20,000 bases of DNA from an uncultured virus (IMG/VR IMGVR_UViG_3300031278_000001) (IMGVR_UViG_3300031278_000001); one strand, 5' to 3'. Counted from the first letter of the stretch, positions 7,664-16,740 are shown. The notes: generated from the sequence alone by a model not told the origin. A program made the numbers and translations.

Positions 7664-8171
7664 TTCAAGCACCCCCAATCCCAGACTTTCACTTGAACCT
7701 TTAATTTATTTTTCAATGCCCACTCATCAACTGCTTGCTTTACACCAAATTTCCCTTCTACAGCAGGTCTATTGTAATCATGTCCTGCTATAACTCCACC
7801 CTTTTTGATTTTAAACAATAATTTTCTAAATCTTGTTTTACATATTTATAGCTATGGTTCCCATTTATATAAACAAAATCCAAATTATTAGGAATATCAT
7901 TTGATTCAGACGATTTTCTTTTTACCCAAACTATTTTATTTTCAAACTTACTAAGCACCCGCTTTGCCGTTTCAAAATTTCCTTCAAAATTAAAGTTTAA
8001 GTTACACTTATATTCTTCATAATGAATATAAGGATCAATCAAATAAATTTTCTTTATAGGGAGATTTTGTAATATATCTTCTGCATTACCCCCTTGATAC
8101 ACCCCTATTTCAACACCAATTAAATCTTTCCCTAAATTATTATTTTTAATAAATTGAATTGATGGTCTCAT
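7660..8171 (-). pseudogene. class I SAM methyltransferase split by a -1 frameshift
   Basis: VEIGV, YLIDPY, DFVYINGNH in frame 0; KIKKGGVIAGHDY...GVKQAVDE in the -1 frame, ending at TGA 7660-7662. Confidence 0.8.
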
Positions 8172-9052
8172 AAGAATCTCTTCTCTACTTTATTTTGCAT
8201 CGTTCCATAAAACCCTTGTATGGGACAAGCACATCTTTTAAAAGAGCATATCCCACTCTTAAAATCAGGTAAAATAAAATTGGGATACAACTCCCCTATT
8301 TTTTCTTTACTACTAGTACAAGAATAAACATTACCCTGTTTTACTGTAAAAATACTTTCCCCAGCCAAACACCGTTGTCCCTTCCATGTATAATTTTTAT
8401 CTTTATATACAGTGTACCATTTCCTATGTTGTGCTGTTGGCCATATTTTAGGCCAATCCTTTAATGAGTTTGAACCATTAACTAATGGTTTAATATGAAC
8501 AGGACAATTTGATTTTTTTGCAAATATCAGGGCTTCATTAAATTCTTCTCCTAAACCAACCGGATAAGCAACAAGAGTAATCATAACTGAATCTTTAATA
8601 TTCTTTACAACCGCCTGAACATTTTTTAACCACCTATCTAATACCTTTTTTTCCTTCATTTCAGCATAATGACAACTAATATTTACTATTGAATTTGGAT
8701 TTAATCGCTTTAACCATTTATCATCACTTATCAACAAACCATTTGTATCAATCACACAAATAAAATCTTTGGGAATGAAATTTAATACCTCTTTAATTGC
8801 CTTAATAGAAAAGGGCTCACCTCCCCCAGTAAGTTTTAAACAAACTTCTTTATTTCTTGCAAGTTGCTTCATTCGTTCCCATATATCAATAGGAATATTT
8901 TTTTCAATTTCAGTTACCTGTTGTGAATGAGAATAACAATAAGGACATTCCAAAAAACAACAATTAGTAGGACTCCATACTATATATACTACTTCCTTTT
9001 TACAAATCCTTTTGCACATTTCTTCTTCAATCTGATAAAAATCTTCTTTCAT
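8168..9052 (-). CDS. radical SAM protein with Cys-rich C-terminal extension
   Basis: CFLECPYC (CxxxCxxC), LTGGGEP, DTNG; C-terminal CLAG...SC...CSFKRCAC. Confidence 0.9.
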   Translation of the reverse strand: MKEDFYQIEEEMCKRICKKEVVYIVWSPTNCCFLECPYCYSHSQQVTEIEKNIPIDIWERMKQLARNKEVCLKLTGGGEPFSIKAIKEVLNFIPKDFICVIDTNGLLISDDKWLKRLNPNSIVNISCHYAEMKEKKVLDRWLKNVQAVVKNIKDSVMITLVAYPVGLGEEFNEALIFAKKSNCPVHIKPLVNGSNSLKDWPKIWPTAQHRKWYTVYKDKNYTWKGQRCLAGESIFTVKQGNVYSCTSSKEKIGELYPNFILPDFKSGICSFKRCACPIQGFYGTMQNKVEKRFL

Positions 9053-9819
9053 TATAACCTCCCATATAAATTAGATAAAAAAGAAAGATACTGTTTTTTT
9101 AAATTAATAAAATCAATTTCAAATAACGAGTTTCTACCATCAAATTTATCATATATATACGTTACATCTTTACCCCAAGATTTACCTAAAATAGCTCCAT
9201 GCAATCTCCCGGTAATTATTTTTTTTGCCGAACCATATGCTTGTTTCATGTCTTCTATTATATCAATATTGAATTTTTTAAATATTTTAGTTTCAGATTG
9301 CTCATGACATACTCCTTTTATTAATTCTCCTTTATACTCACTAACTATAGTTTTTAAAAGGTCTTCTGGATTGGATCGAGGGAGAGATACCAATAAATAA
9401 TCTTCAGTGAGCACCCCTGGTTGAATAAATACCACAGGGCAGCCAATTAACTTTACAATATATCCTTCATTTCTTAAGAAACAATATGTAAAGGGGTCTC
9501 TAACTCCTATTGGTTCTACGCATTTTTTAGCTATTATAGTAGAACAATTATTCCACAAACTACCCCCAACCATAATTATTTTACAATCTAAATTATATAA
9601 AAATCCAGCATTTCCTGTATTTGCACATAGAGATGTTGCCCCAACTGATATAATACGTTTATATTTAATAATTTCATTTGAGAATATGCTTTTTTCTTGG
9701 AGTTTAGGAAGCCCCGCAATTTGCCAAGCTATTCTAAATCCCCCATCAATTAATAAATTACCTTTGTTGATAGCATAATCACCAACTGTTCCTATTACCC
9801 ACTCATTGACGTCCAACAC
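9052..9819 (-). CDS. polysaccharide pyruvyl transferase family protein
   Basis: NKGN, IGVRD, IGCP, IITGRLHGAI. Confidence 0.8.
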   Translation of the reverse strand: MLDVNEWVIGTVGDYAINKGNLLIDGGFRIAWQIAGLPKLQEKSIFSNEIIKYKRIISVGATSLCANTGNAGFLYNLDCKIIMVGGSLWNNCSTIIAKKCVEPIGVRDPFTYCFLRNEGYIVKLIGCPVVFIQPGVLTEDYLLVSLPRSNPEDLLKTIVSEYKGELIKGVCHEQSETKIFKKFNIDIIEDMKQAYGSAKKIITGRLHGAILGKSWGKDVTYIYDKFDGRNSLFEIDFINLKKQYLSFLSNLYGRL

Positions 9820-10516
9820 CTTCTCCCCATTGATTGTTATCCCAAAGATTATCCCTTGCTATTTTAATATTTTTAACACTCCTTTTTTCCCAAAAAGACC
9901 CTTCTCCAGTTGTAATTCTACTTTCATGTTTTAAATGATATAACGGATACTTACTAGTTTTTATTATTGTTATAAGATGAGATGCTCTTTCAAATAAATC
10001 TGTATCTTCTCCACCTAAACCAATTAAATTTTCGTTATATCCTTTTAACCTGAACCAATCCACTTTCGTCATAGCAAAACAGGCTCCATATCCACCTTTT
10101 CTTTTTTTCATACTCTCCCAAGAAACATTATCAATTATTCTAATGTCATTAATATTAGAACAACAATAAGTAATACCCTTACCATCTACCACTGTATCAA
10201 TAATGCTTTTAATTACTTCTTTACTGAACACAATATCTACATCTGTCTTTATTATTAAATCACAATTGCACCTTTTAATCCCATAATTAAGTAATTTAGA
10301 AAAGTTAAGCTGTTTCATTTCTATTGGATAAACTAATAGTTTCACTTTTTCATTATTAATTTTAATATTTTTATCTGTAATTACAAAAATTTGGTCTATA
10401 TAATTATTAATTATTTCTGAATTCAATTTCATAAAATTACACAAAAAACTCTCTTTTATTTTATACAACACCAAAACAATACCTATTTTCTTCTTTTCTT
10501 CTTTTGGCATCTTCAT
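9803..10516 (-). CDS. glycosyltransferase, GT2 / galactosyltransferase-7C-like
   Basis: LNYGI, TDVD, GYNENLIGLGGEDTD, LYHLKH. Confidence 0.85.
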   Translation of the reverse strand: MKMPKEEKKKIGIVLVLYKIKESFLCNFMKLNSEIINNYIDQIFVITDKNIKINNEKVKLLVYPIEMKQLNFSKLLNYGIKRCNCDLIIKTDVDIVFSKEVIKSIIDTVVDGKGITYCCSNINDIRIIDNVSWESMKKRKGGYGACFAMTKVDWFRLKGYNENLIGLGGEDTDLFERASHLITIIKTSKYPLYHLKHESRITTGEGSFWEKRSVKNIKIARDNLWDNNQWGEGVGRQ

Positions 10517-11445
10517 TTTTTATTTCGGGAGGCTAAAAGATCATTGTAAACTTTAGCATAACTATCCCTCATTTTTTTAAGACTAGCATATTCTACTGCA
10601 TAACTCCTCGATAATTCTGCTTCTTTTTTCCATAATTCTGGATTATATAATAATTCTATAATCATCTTTTTGTAACTGGAAGGAGTATAATCTACCTGTA
10701 TCCTGCAATCATAATGAACATTTTTATGTAACCCATTTTTATATATCGTGGGAATTCCTTTAGCCTTCGCTTCAAACATACTACAACAAAAACTTTCATA
10801 TTTACTTGTATTAACCAATAAAATTGTCTCATCTAGTATCTTCCAATAATCTCCCACATCATATGAACTTAATATTTTAAATTCATATGGTTTTGATAAC
10901 GAAGTAATATCCATAATTTTCTCAAATAAGGAAAAATTTTTAGCGCTTCTGGCTTTCTGTCCTGCCCATACCACATATTTTCTTTTAGAATTATTAATAG
11001 GTTTCAAATACTCAGTATCTACACCATGATTTATATAAACCAATTTATCCTCATATTCTGTTAATATTTCTTCTGCATTATTTAATCTAATAATAGTAGA
11101 TTTATAAAAATCTTCTGCCCTATATTGACATTTCCATCCTTTATATCTTTTTACAGGAGAACGTGTTATTGGTCCAATAACATCAGGTTGTATTTTATTT
11201 TGTAACATTAATGCCACAACCCTTGTATCGTCGACATGCAATATATCACATCCTTGAATAAACCTTTTAATATTATCTAATCCTCTTTTTGTTAATATTC
11301 TATCTCTAGAAATATATTTAATAATAAATTCAGGATCATTTTTAAATGCCTTAAAAAAACAAGAGGAAGTCATTATACTTCCACCATATATTCTATTTAA
11401 TTCAAATCCAGGAGATGCTCCTATAAACAGCACTACTTTTCTCAT
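10513..11445 (-). CDS. GT-B fold glycosyltransferase (GT4-like)
   Basis: INHGVD, AKN, SKYESFCCSMFEAKAKGIP (Ex7E motif). Confidence 0.85.
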   Translation of the reverse strand: MRKVVLFIGASPGFELNRIYGGSIMTSSCFFKAFKNDPEFIIKYISRDRILTKRGLDNIKRFIQGCDILHVDDTRVVALMLQNKIQPDVIGPITRSPVKRYKGWKCQYRAEDFYKSTIIRLNNAEEILTEYEDKLVYINHGVDTEYLKPINNSKRKYVVWAGQKARSAKNFSLFEKIMDITSLSKPYEFKILSSYDVGDYWKILDETILLVNTSKYESFCCSMFEAKAKGIPTIYKNGLHKNVHYDCRIQVDYTPSSYKKMIIELLYNPELWKKEAELSRSYAVEYASLKKMRDSYAKVYNDLLASRNKK

Positions 11446-12194
11446 ACTTTTCCCCAGCTATGCGGATTTCTTTTTATAGTATTGTCATTCATAAAAATAT
11501 CTCTATTCTTTTCTAATTGTTCCCTATCTATTGGGGTTTTCCACTTTTCTATAAAATGCCATTGATGAAGAAGACTAGTATTTTGTATCCAAACTATTTT
11601 TAAGCTATCTAATTTAGCTCTCTTGTGCATATCATTATCCATAGCTCCTAATCTTTTCATCCTCTCATCATATCCCCGTACCTTATAAAACCAAGATGCT
11701 AAACTAGCTTGACACGCACCATCACCAGAAATTATATGTAAACTTCCTGTAGATTTCAATTCTTGATATAAATTTTTAATGTCATTCAATGTAATTTCAA
11801 CCTTTTCCGGTAAATCCATAGACCGACATAAAATAAAATTATGTTCTGTCAATTTTTGGCCCACCGTTTCAATAAAATTTCTTTCATACATATAATCAAT
11901 ATCAGACATTAAAAGATATTTAGTCTTTGCCATTCTTATGCCTATATTATACAATAAGGATTTATTGAAAACCTCTTGAGGAAAGAATACATGTTTTGCA
12001 AAAGAAAAAAATTTTATATATTCATCTGTTTCAGCGAACTTCTCCTTATTACTGCCATCTACAATAAATACTTCGGGTATTTGAGTTTGAATACTCAAAC
12101 TATACAAATTATTAAATATTCTTACATATCCTCTAGATTCTATATCTTTAATTGCTATTATAACCGTAATATCAGCTTTTTTTGATTTACTCAT
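11442..12194 (-). CDS. glycosyltransferase, GT2 / galactosyltransferase-7C-like
   Basis: IVDGS, YNIGI, SDID, RGYDERM..LGAMDND, LHQWH. Confidence 0.85.
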   Translation of the reverse strand: MSKSKKADITVIIAIKDIESRGYVRIFNNLYSLSIQTQIPEVFIVDGSNKEKFAETDEYIKFFSFAKHVFFPQEVFNKSLLYNIGIRMAKTKYLLMSDIDYMYERNFIETVGQKLTEHNFILCRSMDLPEKVEITLNDIKNLYQELKSTGSLHIISGDGACQASLASWFYKVRGYDERMKRLGAMDNDMHKRAKLDSLKIVWIQNTSLLHQWHFIEKWKTPIDREQLEKNRDIFMNDNTIKRNPHSWGKV

Positions 12195-12202
12195 CTTCTT
12201 AT

Positions 12203-12796
12203 TTAATCATCTGCTTTACCATCTTTAAAAATATCATCTCTCTTGCGAAGAAACCCATCAATCAAAGTAGAGTTTTTCAGAAGTTTATCTATGGTTTCTA
12301 TTGTTTTTCGCATCAACATATGATAAAAATCATAATCTTCAGGATCTATGGCATTACCAACATCTCCCTGAATATCTTTCATGTCCGGAAAAAGATCTAC
12401 ATAACCAGCGAAAGAAGGTTGTTTAGTCTCATAATCCTCATCTAATTCTACAAGCCTATGATGTAAATTGTCACGAGATTTTATGAGCCAGTCTTCAAAA
12501 CTACTCTTAAAACTCCAAAATTTATCTTCTTCTTTATGAAGTTCACCTCGCTGGACCGCTTCTAAAAAACTCTCATATAACTCATCAACCAATGAGACTT
12601 CAACCGTTTCATCCCAAGTTTTATAATGATGAGCAATATAAGCTTTTAAAGAATTATATCCTTTAGCCTTCGCTTCCTTCCACATTTGAGAGACCAAATT
12701 TCCTACATAAGAAGAACCCTTAACTTCTTTTTCATCTTTCTCCTTCATAATTTCCTTAACTATCTGTCTTTCCTTTTTCTCATCAACATTAGACAT
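12203..12796 (-). CDS. hypothetical acidic helical protein
   Basis: long ORF; GGAGG RBS supports ATG at 12796 (MSNVDEKK). Confidence 0.8.
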   Translation of the reverse strand: MSNVDEKKERQIVKEIMKEKDEKEVKGSSYVGNLVSQMWKEAKAKGYNSLKAYIAHHYKTWDETVEVSLVDELYESFLEAVQRGELHKEEDKFWSFKSSFEDWLIKSRDNLHHRLVELDEDYETKQPSFAGYVDLFPDMKDIQGDVGNAIDPEDYDFYHMLMRKTIETIDKLLKNSTLIDGFLRKRDDIFKDGKADD

Positions 12797-12825
12797 TTTA
12801 ACCTCCAATCTAAAACTTTTATAAC

Positions 12826-13929
12826 TTATCCCATTTGTTCCAAAAATCTATCTGATACCAAATCATCCGAATTTTTTTTATTTCCTAAAGTAGAAGGATC
12901 CTCAGAAGCAAAAGAAGCAAAACTTTCCGTAACCTCCCCATCGATAGAAACGTCAGTAAATAAACTAATATCAAGTTCCTCCAATAAAGATAAATCACCT
13001 TTTAATTGTGAAATTTTAGCATCTAAAACTAAAGCAATTTTTTTCAATGAATTAAATAATTTTTGACCATTGGAGACCAACCAATTCCATATTCTTTTTA
13101 ACTTCTCACCAACATCCTTAACCCAATCTAATTTACCATAAATCTCTTGAACTGAAGAAATACTTTCTTTTAATTTTTGTTTGGGTGCTATTCCCATTTC
13201 AGCTGGACTTTTTCCTAAAGGTTTGCCCTTTTCAAGAACTTCCCTCTCCAAAAACTTCTCCATACCTCTTGCTTCAGCCCATAGTTGACCCCAAAAATCC
13301 GGTTGGGCCAATCCAATCTTATTCAATACCCCCCCAAATTTCTTCAAAGCAGTATGAAACTTAACAATAGATAAAGAAGGACCACCAGCCTTCATAGATC
13401 CTCTTAAACGAAACACTATATCTCTAGCTTTATTGTGAATAGCAACTGAACTGTGCTTTGTCTGCAACAAAAACTCAGTGACATCATCAGCCATCTCAGC
13501 ATTTTGTCCCCTAAGATCTTCTAATGTCTGAAATTCTTTTCCCTTTCCAAAAACAGATTCAGCTAGCTCTTCTTCTCTCTCCACCCGAGCTCTCTGCAAT
13601 CCTTCTATCGTTTTTTCATAATGTTCAATTTTCTCGTCAACACTTAGCAACTTTTCAATTTCAGAAATACTTTGCGCATTTTCTTGTAATTGTATTAATT
13701 TTTTATAAATATTCTGTGCTTCACTTTTCAAATCTTTATATTCAGAGACATTCAATTCGCCCTCTTCACCGATCTCAAATTTTTCTCTCTCTTGTATGTC
13801 CTTTAAGATCTCATTCATAGCATCTTCCATTTCTTTTTTAGTGAAAAAATCCTCTTCATCAGCACCTATTTTTTTAATATGTTCTGTTAAGGTATCAAAA
13901 AAATTACACACGGATTTCTTTAAACCCAT
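12826..13929 (-). CDS. hypothetical coiled-coil protein
   Basis: 367 aa; AGGAGG RBS; Glu/Lys-rich helical composition. Confidence 0.8.
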   Translation of the reverse strand: MGLKKSVCNFFDTLTEHIKKIGADEEDFFTKKEMEDAMNEILKDIQEREKFEIGEEGELNVSEYKDLKSEAQNIYKKLIQLQENAQSISEIEKLLSVDEKIEHYEKTIEGLQRARVEREEELAESVFGKGKEFQTLEDLRGQNAEMADDVTEFLLQTKHSSVAIHNKARDIVFRLRGSMKAGGPSLSIVKFHTALKKFGGVLNKIGLAQPDFWGQLWAEARGMEKFLEREVLEKGKPLGKSPAEMGIAPKQKLKESISSVQEIYGKLDWVKDVGEKLKRIWNWLVSNGQKLFNSLKKIALVLDAKISQLKGDLSLLEELDISLFTDVSIDGEVTESFASFASEDPSTLGNKKNSDDLVSDRFLEQMG

Positions 13930-13938
13930 AAATTCCTC

Positions 13939-14202
13939 CTATACACTCTGCAAATGCTCCGCTAAAAACCACATTTCTTGTTTCTCTTGTCCATTATCAC
14001 CAACAAAAAAAGAACCCTTTTCTAACTTAACTTTAACGAAAGAAGGAGTTCTATCTACAACAAATCCAACCTCTCCTCTCAAATATCTTTCCGATGGATC
14101 CTGATCCCAAAGATTTAATAAAACCCTTTTGAAAGCAACTCTATCATCTAGATTGAAATCATCAAATGTTAAATCATATCTTTTTATTAACTCAACTGAC
14201 AT
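13939..14202 (-). CDS. hypothetical protein
   Basis: 87 aa; GAGGT RBS. Confidence 0.7.
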   Translation of the reverse strand: MSVELIKRYDLTFDDFNLDDRVAFKRVLLNLWDQDPSERYLRGEVGFVVDRTPSFVKVKLEKGSFFVGDNGQEKQEMWFLAEHLQSV

Positions 14203-14235
14203 AAACTTACCTCTCTTTATTTTTTAATTAACTTA

Positions 14236-14529
14236 CTAATTTCCGAAGACACTCTCAGCGCCTTCTTCAACAGATTCTTTAATCAGAGCAAGATTATCCA
14301 ATAAATAAGAACCAAAATCCTTAGAAGAAAAAACATTAGCTTTAAAATCATCTAATATTTCTTTCTGTTGTTCTTTAGTTAAATTAGAAAATTCTTCTTC
14401 AGTATCAATACCTTCTATGAAATCCAATATAACATCCAGTGTAACATATTCAATATCATAATTCAATATGATATTTGCACCATCCTCTACCTTCCAAATA
14501 TACCCCTTCTCATAAAAATTAGCTCTCAT
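14236..14529 (-). CDS. hypothetical acidic protein
   Basis: 97 aa; GGAGGT RBS. Confidence 0.75.
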   Translation of the reverse strand: MRANFYEKGYIWKVEDGANIILNYDIEYVTLDVILDFIEGIDTEEEFSNLTKEQQKEILDDFKANVFSSKDFGSYLLDNLALIKESVEEGAESVFGN

Positions 14530-14672
14530 CCTCTACCTCCAAATTGATAGAACAATAATTTAATAATACAACAATAATCAACTATTTTAAACTAAAACAG
14601 CATCTTCACTTATATGAAAATCCTTCCCGAAAAAGTATACAAAATTTTGAACAAAAAAAGAAAAAACTTAAA

Positions 14673-14900
14673 TCAATAACGATAAACTATTCGACCTTTT
14701 GATAGATCATAGGGTGACATTTCAACTTGAACTTCATCCCCTATAGCTATTTGTATATTATGTTGTTTCAATTTACCTGCTAAATAAGCGAGAATAATAC
14801 ATTCATTGCCAGAAACCATATCCATTTCCACTTTAAATCTGAAATCTGGGAGACACTTTACAACCTTACCTTTTTGAGATATGTTTTGTTGTTTACTCAT
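14673..14900 (-). CDS. infA: translation initiation factor IF-1
   Basis: GKVVKCLP..RFKVE, ILAYLAGKLKQHNIQIAIGDEVQVEMSPYDLSKGRIVYRY matches the IF-1 signature. Confidence 0.95.
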   Translation of the reverse strand: MSKQQNISQKGKVVKCLPDFRFKVEMDMVSGNECIILAYLAGKLKQHNIQIAIGDEVQVEMSPYDLSKGRIVYRY

Positions 14901-15199
14901 TTATTTTTTTCATCCCCTCCTTCTAATAAAGATTTAATTGTTGACTCTATATGTTTCAAATTCTTGGTCTTAAAATTATACATCTCTTCGACTTTACCTT
15001 TCAATACCAAATACATACAAGTAGTCCTTTTACCAACAGTAACCCTCCATTCCTCTTTACAAAATTTTCTACGAGTACTATATCGTGAACAAGCAAACTG
15101 ATTATTAGCCAATCTAACAATAGGACCTGAAGGATAATTAATTCCCTGTACTTCTACAAAACCTTTTTCTTCTAAGAATTTGATAAGATCATCACTCAT
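14897..15199 (-). CDS. hypothetical protein
   Basis: ATG at 15199 (MSDDLIKF) coupled to upstream mini-ORF; stop overlaps infA start. Confidence 0.7.
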   Translation of the reverse strand: MSDDLIKFLEEKGFVEVQGINYPSGPIVRLANNQFACSRYSTRRKFCKEEWRVTVGKRTTCMYLVLKGKVEEMYNFKTKNLKHIESTIKSLLEGGDEKNK

Positions 15200-15228
15200 A
15201 CCCAACCCTTCTTCTCCTTCTCATTCAT
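15196..15228 (-). other. mini-ORF MNEKEKKGWV, orphan 5' block of the repeated family
   Basis: GGAGGTTGATAA-ATG AAT GAG AAG GAG AAG; TGA overlaps next ATG. Confidence 0.55.
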
Positions 15229-15472
15229 TTATCAACCTCCAATCCTTTAATCAAAGAGTTTTTTAGTTTAAGAATAAAACAAAGATTATTTTTATGAGCT
15301 TCTTTATATCCCCGGTACAAACGACTGATTGACCGAGAAATAGAAAAAGTTTGTTTTTCGTTTTTTTTACAAAAATCAATTTCTTTTCGGATTTCTTTTT
15401 CCTTAGTGCCTAAGTCCCGGATTGCTTCAAGTATTGTTTTTTCGTGTTTCGTAAGGGTTCTTTTCCTGACAT
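15225..15472 (-). pseudogene. frameshifted hypothetical gene (~82 aa)
   Basis: AGGAG RBS + ATG TCA GGA AAA; one extra A at 15461-15464 joins it to an open frame RTLTKHEKTILEAIRD...LEVDK-TGA. Confidence 0.65.
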
Positions 15473-15475
15473 TTT

Positions 15476-15641
15476 TTATCTCCTAATTTTATAGAATAAG
15501 TCAACCGATTTTTCGGCTAATTCAAGACTTTCGTTTATTATTTTCTGACTATCTTTTATACCTGTTCTATACCCGGTAACTAACCCGGAAAGAAAACCAA
15601 GAAAAAAGGATAAGAATAGAGAAAATTAGTTTGTGTTTCAT
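15476..15641 (-). pseudogene. frameshifted small membrane protein gene
   Basis: MKHKLIFSILILF, then removing one T of the T6 run (15602-15607) gives LGFLSGLVTGYRTGIKDSQK...IRR-TAA. Confidence 0.6.
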
Positions 15642-15652
15642 ATTATATTTCC

Positions 15653-15895
15653 TTATGTCTCCAAAATATGAGCAATTTTTTCACAGAGCCTACTATCTTT
15701 AGGAAAACTTTCTGTTGAAATTCTGTTTTGATGGAATATTTTTGCAAGATTCCTTTTATATGCTTTTCTTCTTTTTATCTCTTTATTAAGCATTATTAAT
15801 GTTACACCTTTTGGTTCTTTATTCATCTTTTCCCAAGCAGATGTTTCATTTTTATCTATCTCACATATCAATTCTTCTACTTTTTCTTTTTTCGT
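15653..15895 (-). pseudogene. hypothetical gene whose RBS-positioned start codon is ACG
   Basis: AGGAGG-GCAAA-ACG AAA AAA GAA in frame with the 15653-15871 ORF. Confidence 0.55.
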
Positions 15896-15924
15896 TTTGC
15901 CCTCCTAAGACTTGTTTAAGTTTC

Positions 15925-16068
15925 TTACTTTATTTCCTTACATTTACAAAATTCATCATCTTTCATAATTTGTCTTATTTTTTCTTGATTTTGTTTAACC
16001 AACCTGGTAGCTTTGTTGAGATCACGATTTATTGATTTGATCACATAAGTAATATCTGGGTCTAACAT
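15925..16068 (-). CDS. 47 aa hypothetical protein (MLDPDITYVIKSIN...)
   Basis: AAGGAG RBS, ATG at 16068, TAA at 15925. Confidence 0.6.
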   Translation of the reverse strand: MLDPDITYVIKSINRDLNKATRLVKQNQEKIRQIMKDDEFCKCKEIK

Positions 16069-16199
16069 TTTATACACTCCTTTACATAATATCTTTTTCT
16101 TTTTATATAAATTATTAAAAAATGAGTTTCTACATCACAAATTAATCTCTTTTTTTCTTGTGGTGATCCACTAAAAAATTGTTGAAATAGATGTATCAT
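16062..16199 (-). CDS. 45 aa hypothetical protein (MIHLFQQFF...)
   Basis: ATGA overlap with upstream stop; fills the gap exactly. Confidence 0.4.
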   Translation of the reverse strand: MIHLFQQFFSGSPQEKKRLICDVETHFLIIYIKRKRYYVKECIKC

Positions 16200-16452
16200 C
16201 CTTCAATCTCCTTGATTTTATCTTGAACATCTTCATATTGGCTATCTCTTGAATCTGGGACTCCAAGATTTTTTTTGATTTTCTTTACTCCTTTGATTTT
16301 TTTCTCTAAACAGTCATTCAACTCCTCAACACCGAATTTGCGTTTGGTGTAGCCTTTTTCTTGGATAAGTTTGCCTAACTCTTTAGGAGTCCTATAGTTT
16401 GCCCTACTTATCATTATAATTAATTCCTCCAATTCCTTCTCTTTCTTTCCAT
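16196..16452 (-). pseudogene. GYTKRKF-family small protein, copy 3, with 1-bp deletion after the ATG
   Basis: GGAG..ATG GA[-] AAG AAA GAG AAG GAA TTG restores the family EKEL start; may instead use TTG at 16432. Confidence 0.6.
16325..16354. repeat. 30-bp dispersed repeat core, copy 3
   Basis: ctcaacaccgaatttgcgtttggtgtagcc. Confidence 0.95.
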
Positions 16453-16617
16453 TTTATCTTCTCCTTCATTTTGACTCCTTTTTAATTTATGCGACAAAAA
16501 CCAAAGACCTGTTAATATAAAGCAAGATATACTAAGTATATTAGGTATGGCTGGATGCAACAGGATTAAAATCCCAATTATCAAATTCGCAAAAGCAAAT
16601 ATTAAATTAAACATCAT
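16420..16617 (-). CDS. small two-TM membrane protein
   Basis: GGGAGG RBS; two hydrophobic segments and a basic tail. Confidence 0.65.
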   Translation of the reverse strand: MMFNLIFAFANLIIGILILLHPAIPNILSISCFILTGLWFLSHKLKRSQNEGEDKMERKRRNWRN

Positions 16618-16659
16618 TTCCCTCCCTAAGGGTTAAGGTTTATACTGTGTTCCAATCCG

Positions 16660-16740
16660 CTATCCGTAAAGATATAATACGCCTACTGCAAATGCTATCA
16701 AGAGAATATGATATAGAATTAACAACCATAGAGTTTTCAT
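16660..16740 (-). CDS. 26 aa hydrophobic peptide (MKTLWLLILYHILLIAFAVGVLYLYG)
   Basis: ATGA coupling; TAG at 16660 may be premature since the frame continues to TAA at 16633. Confidence 0.4.
   Translation of the reverse strand: MKTLWLLILYHILLIAFAVGVLYLYG

Noticed and set aside
14530..14672. tRNA or structured ncRNA in the intergenic gap
   Set aside because: Very AT-rich, with no cloverleaf or stable stem visible.
16420..16617. Holin call
   Set aside because: Two TM helices and a basic tail fit, but it is 12 kb from the transglycosylase and shows no family motif.
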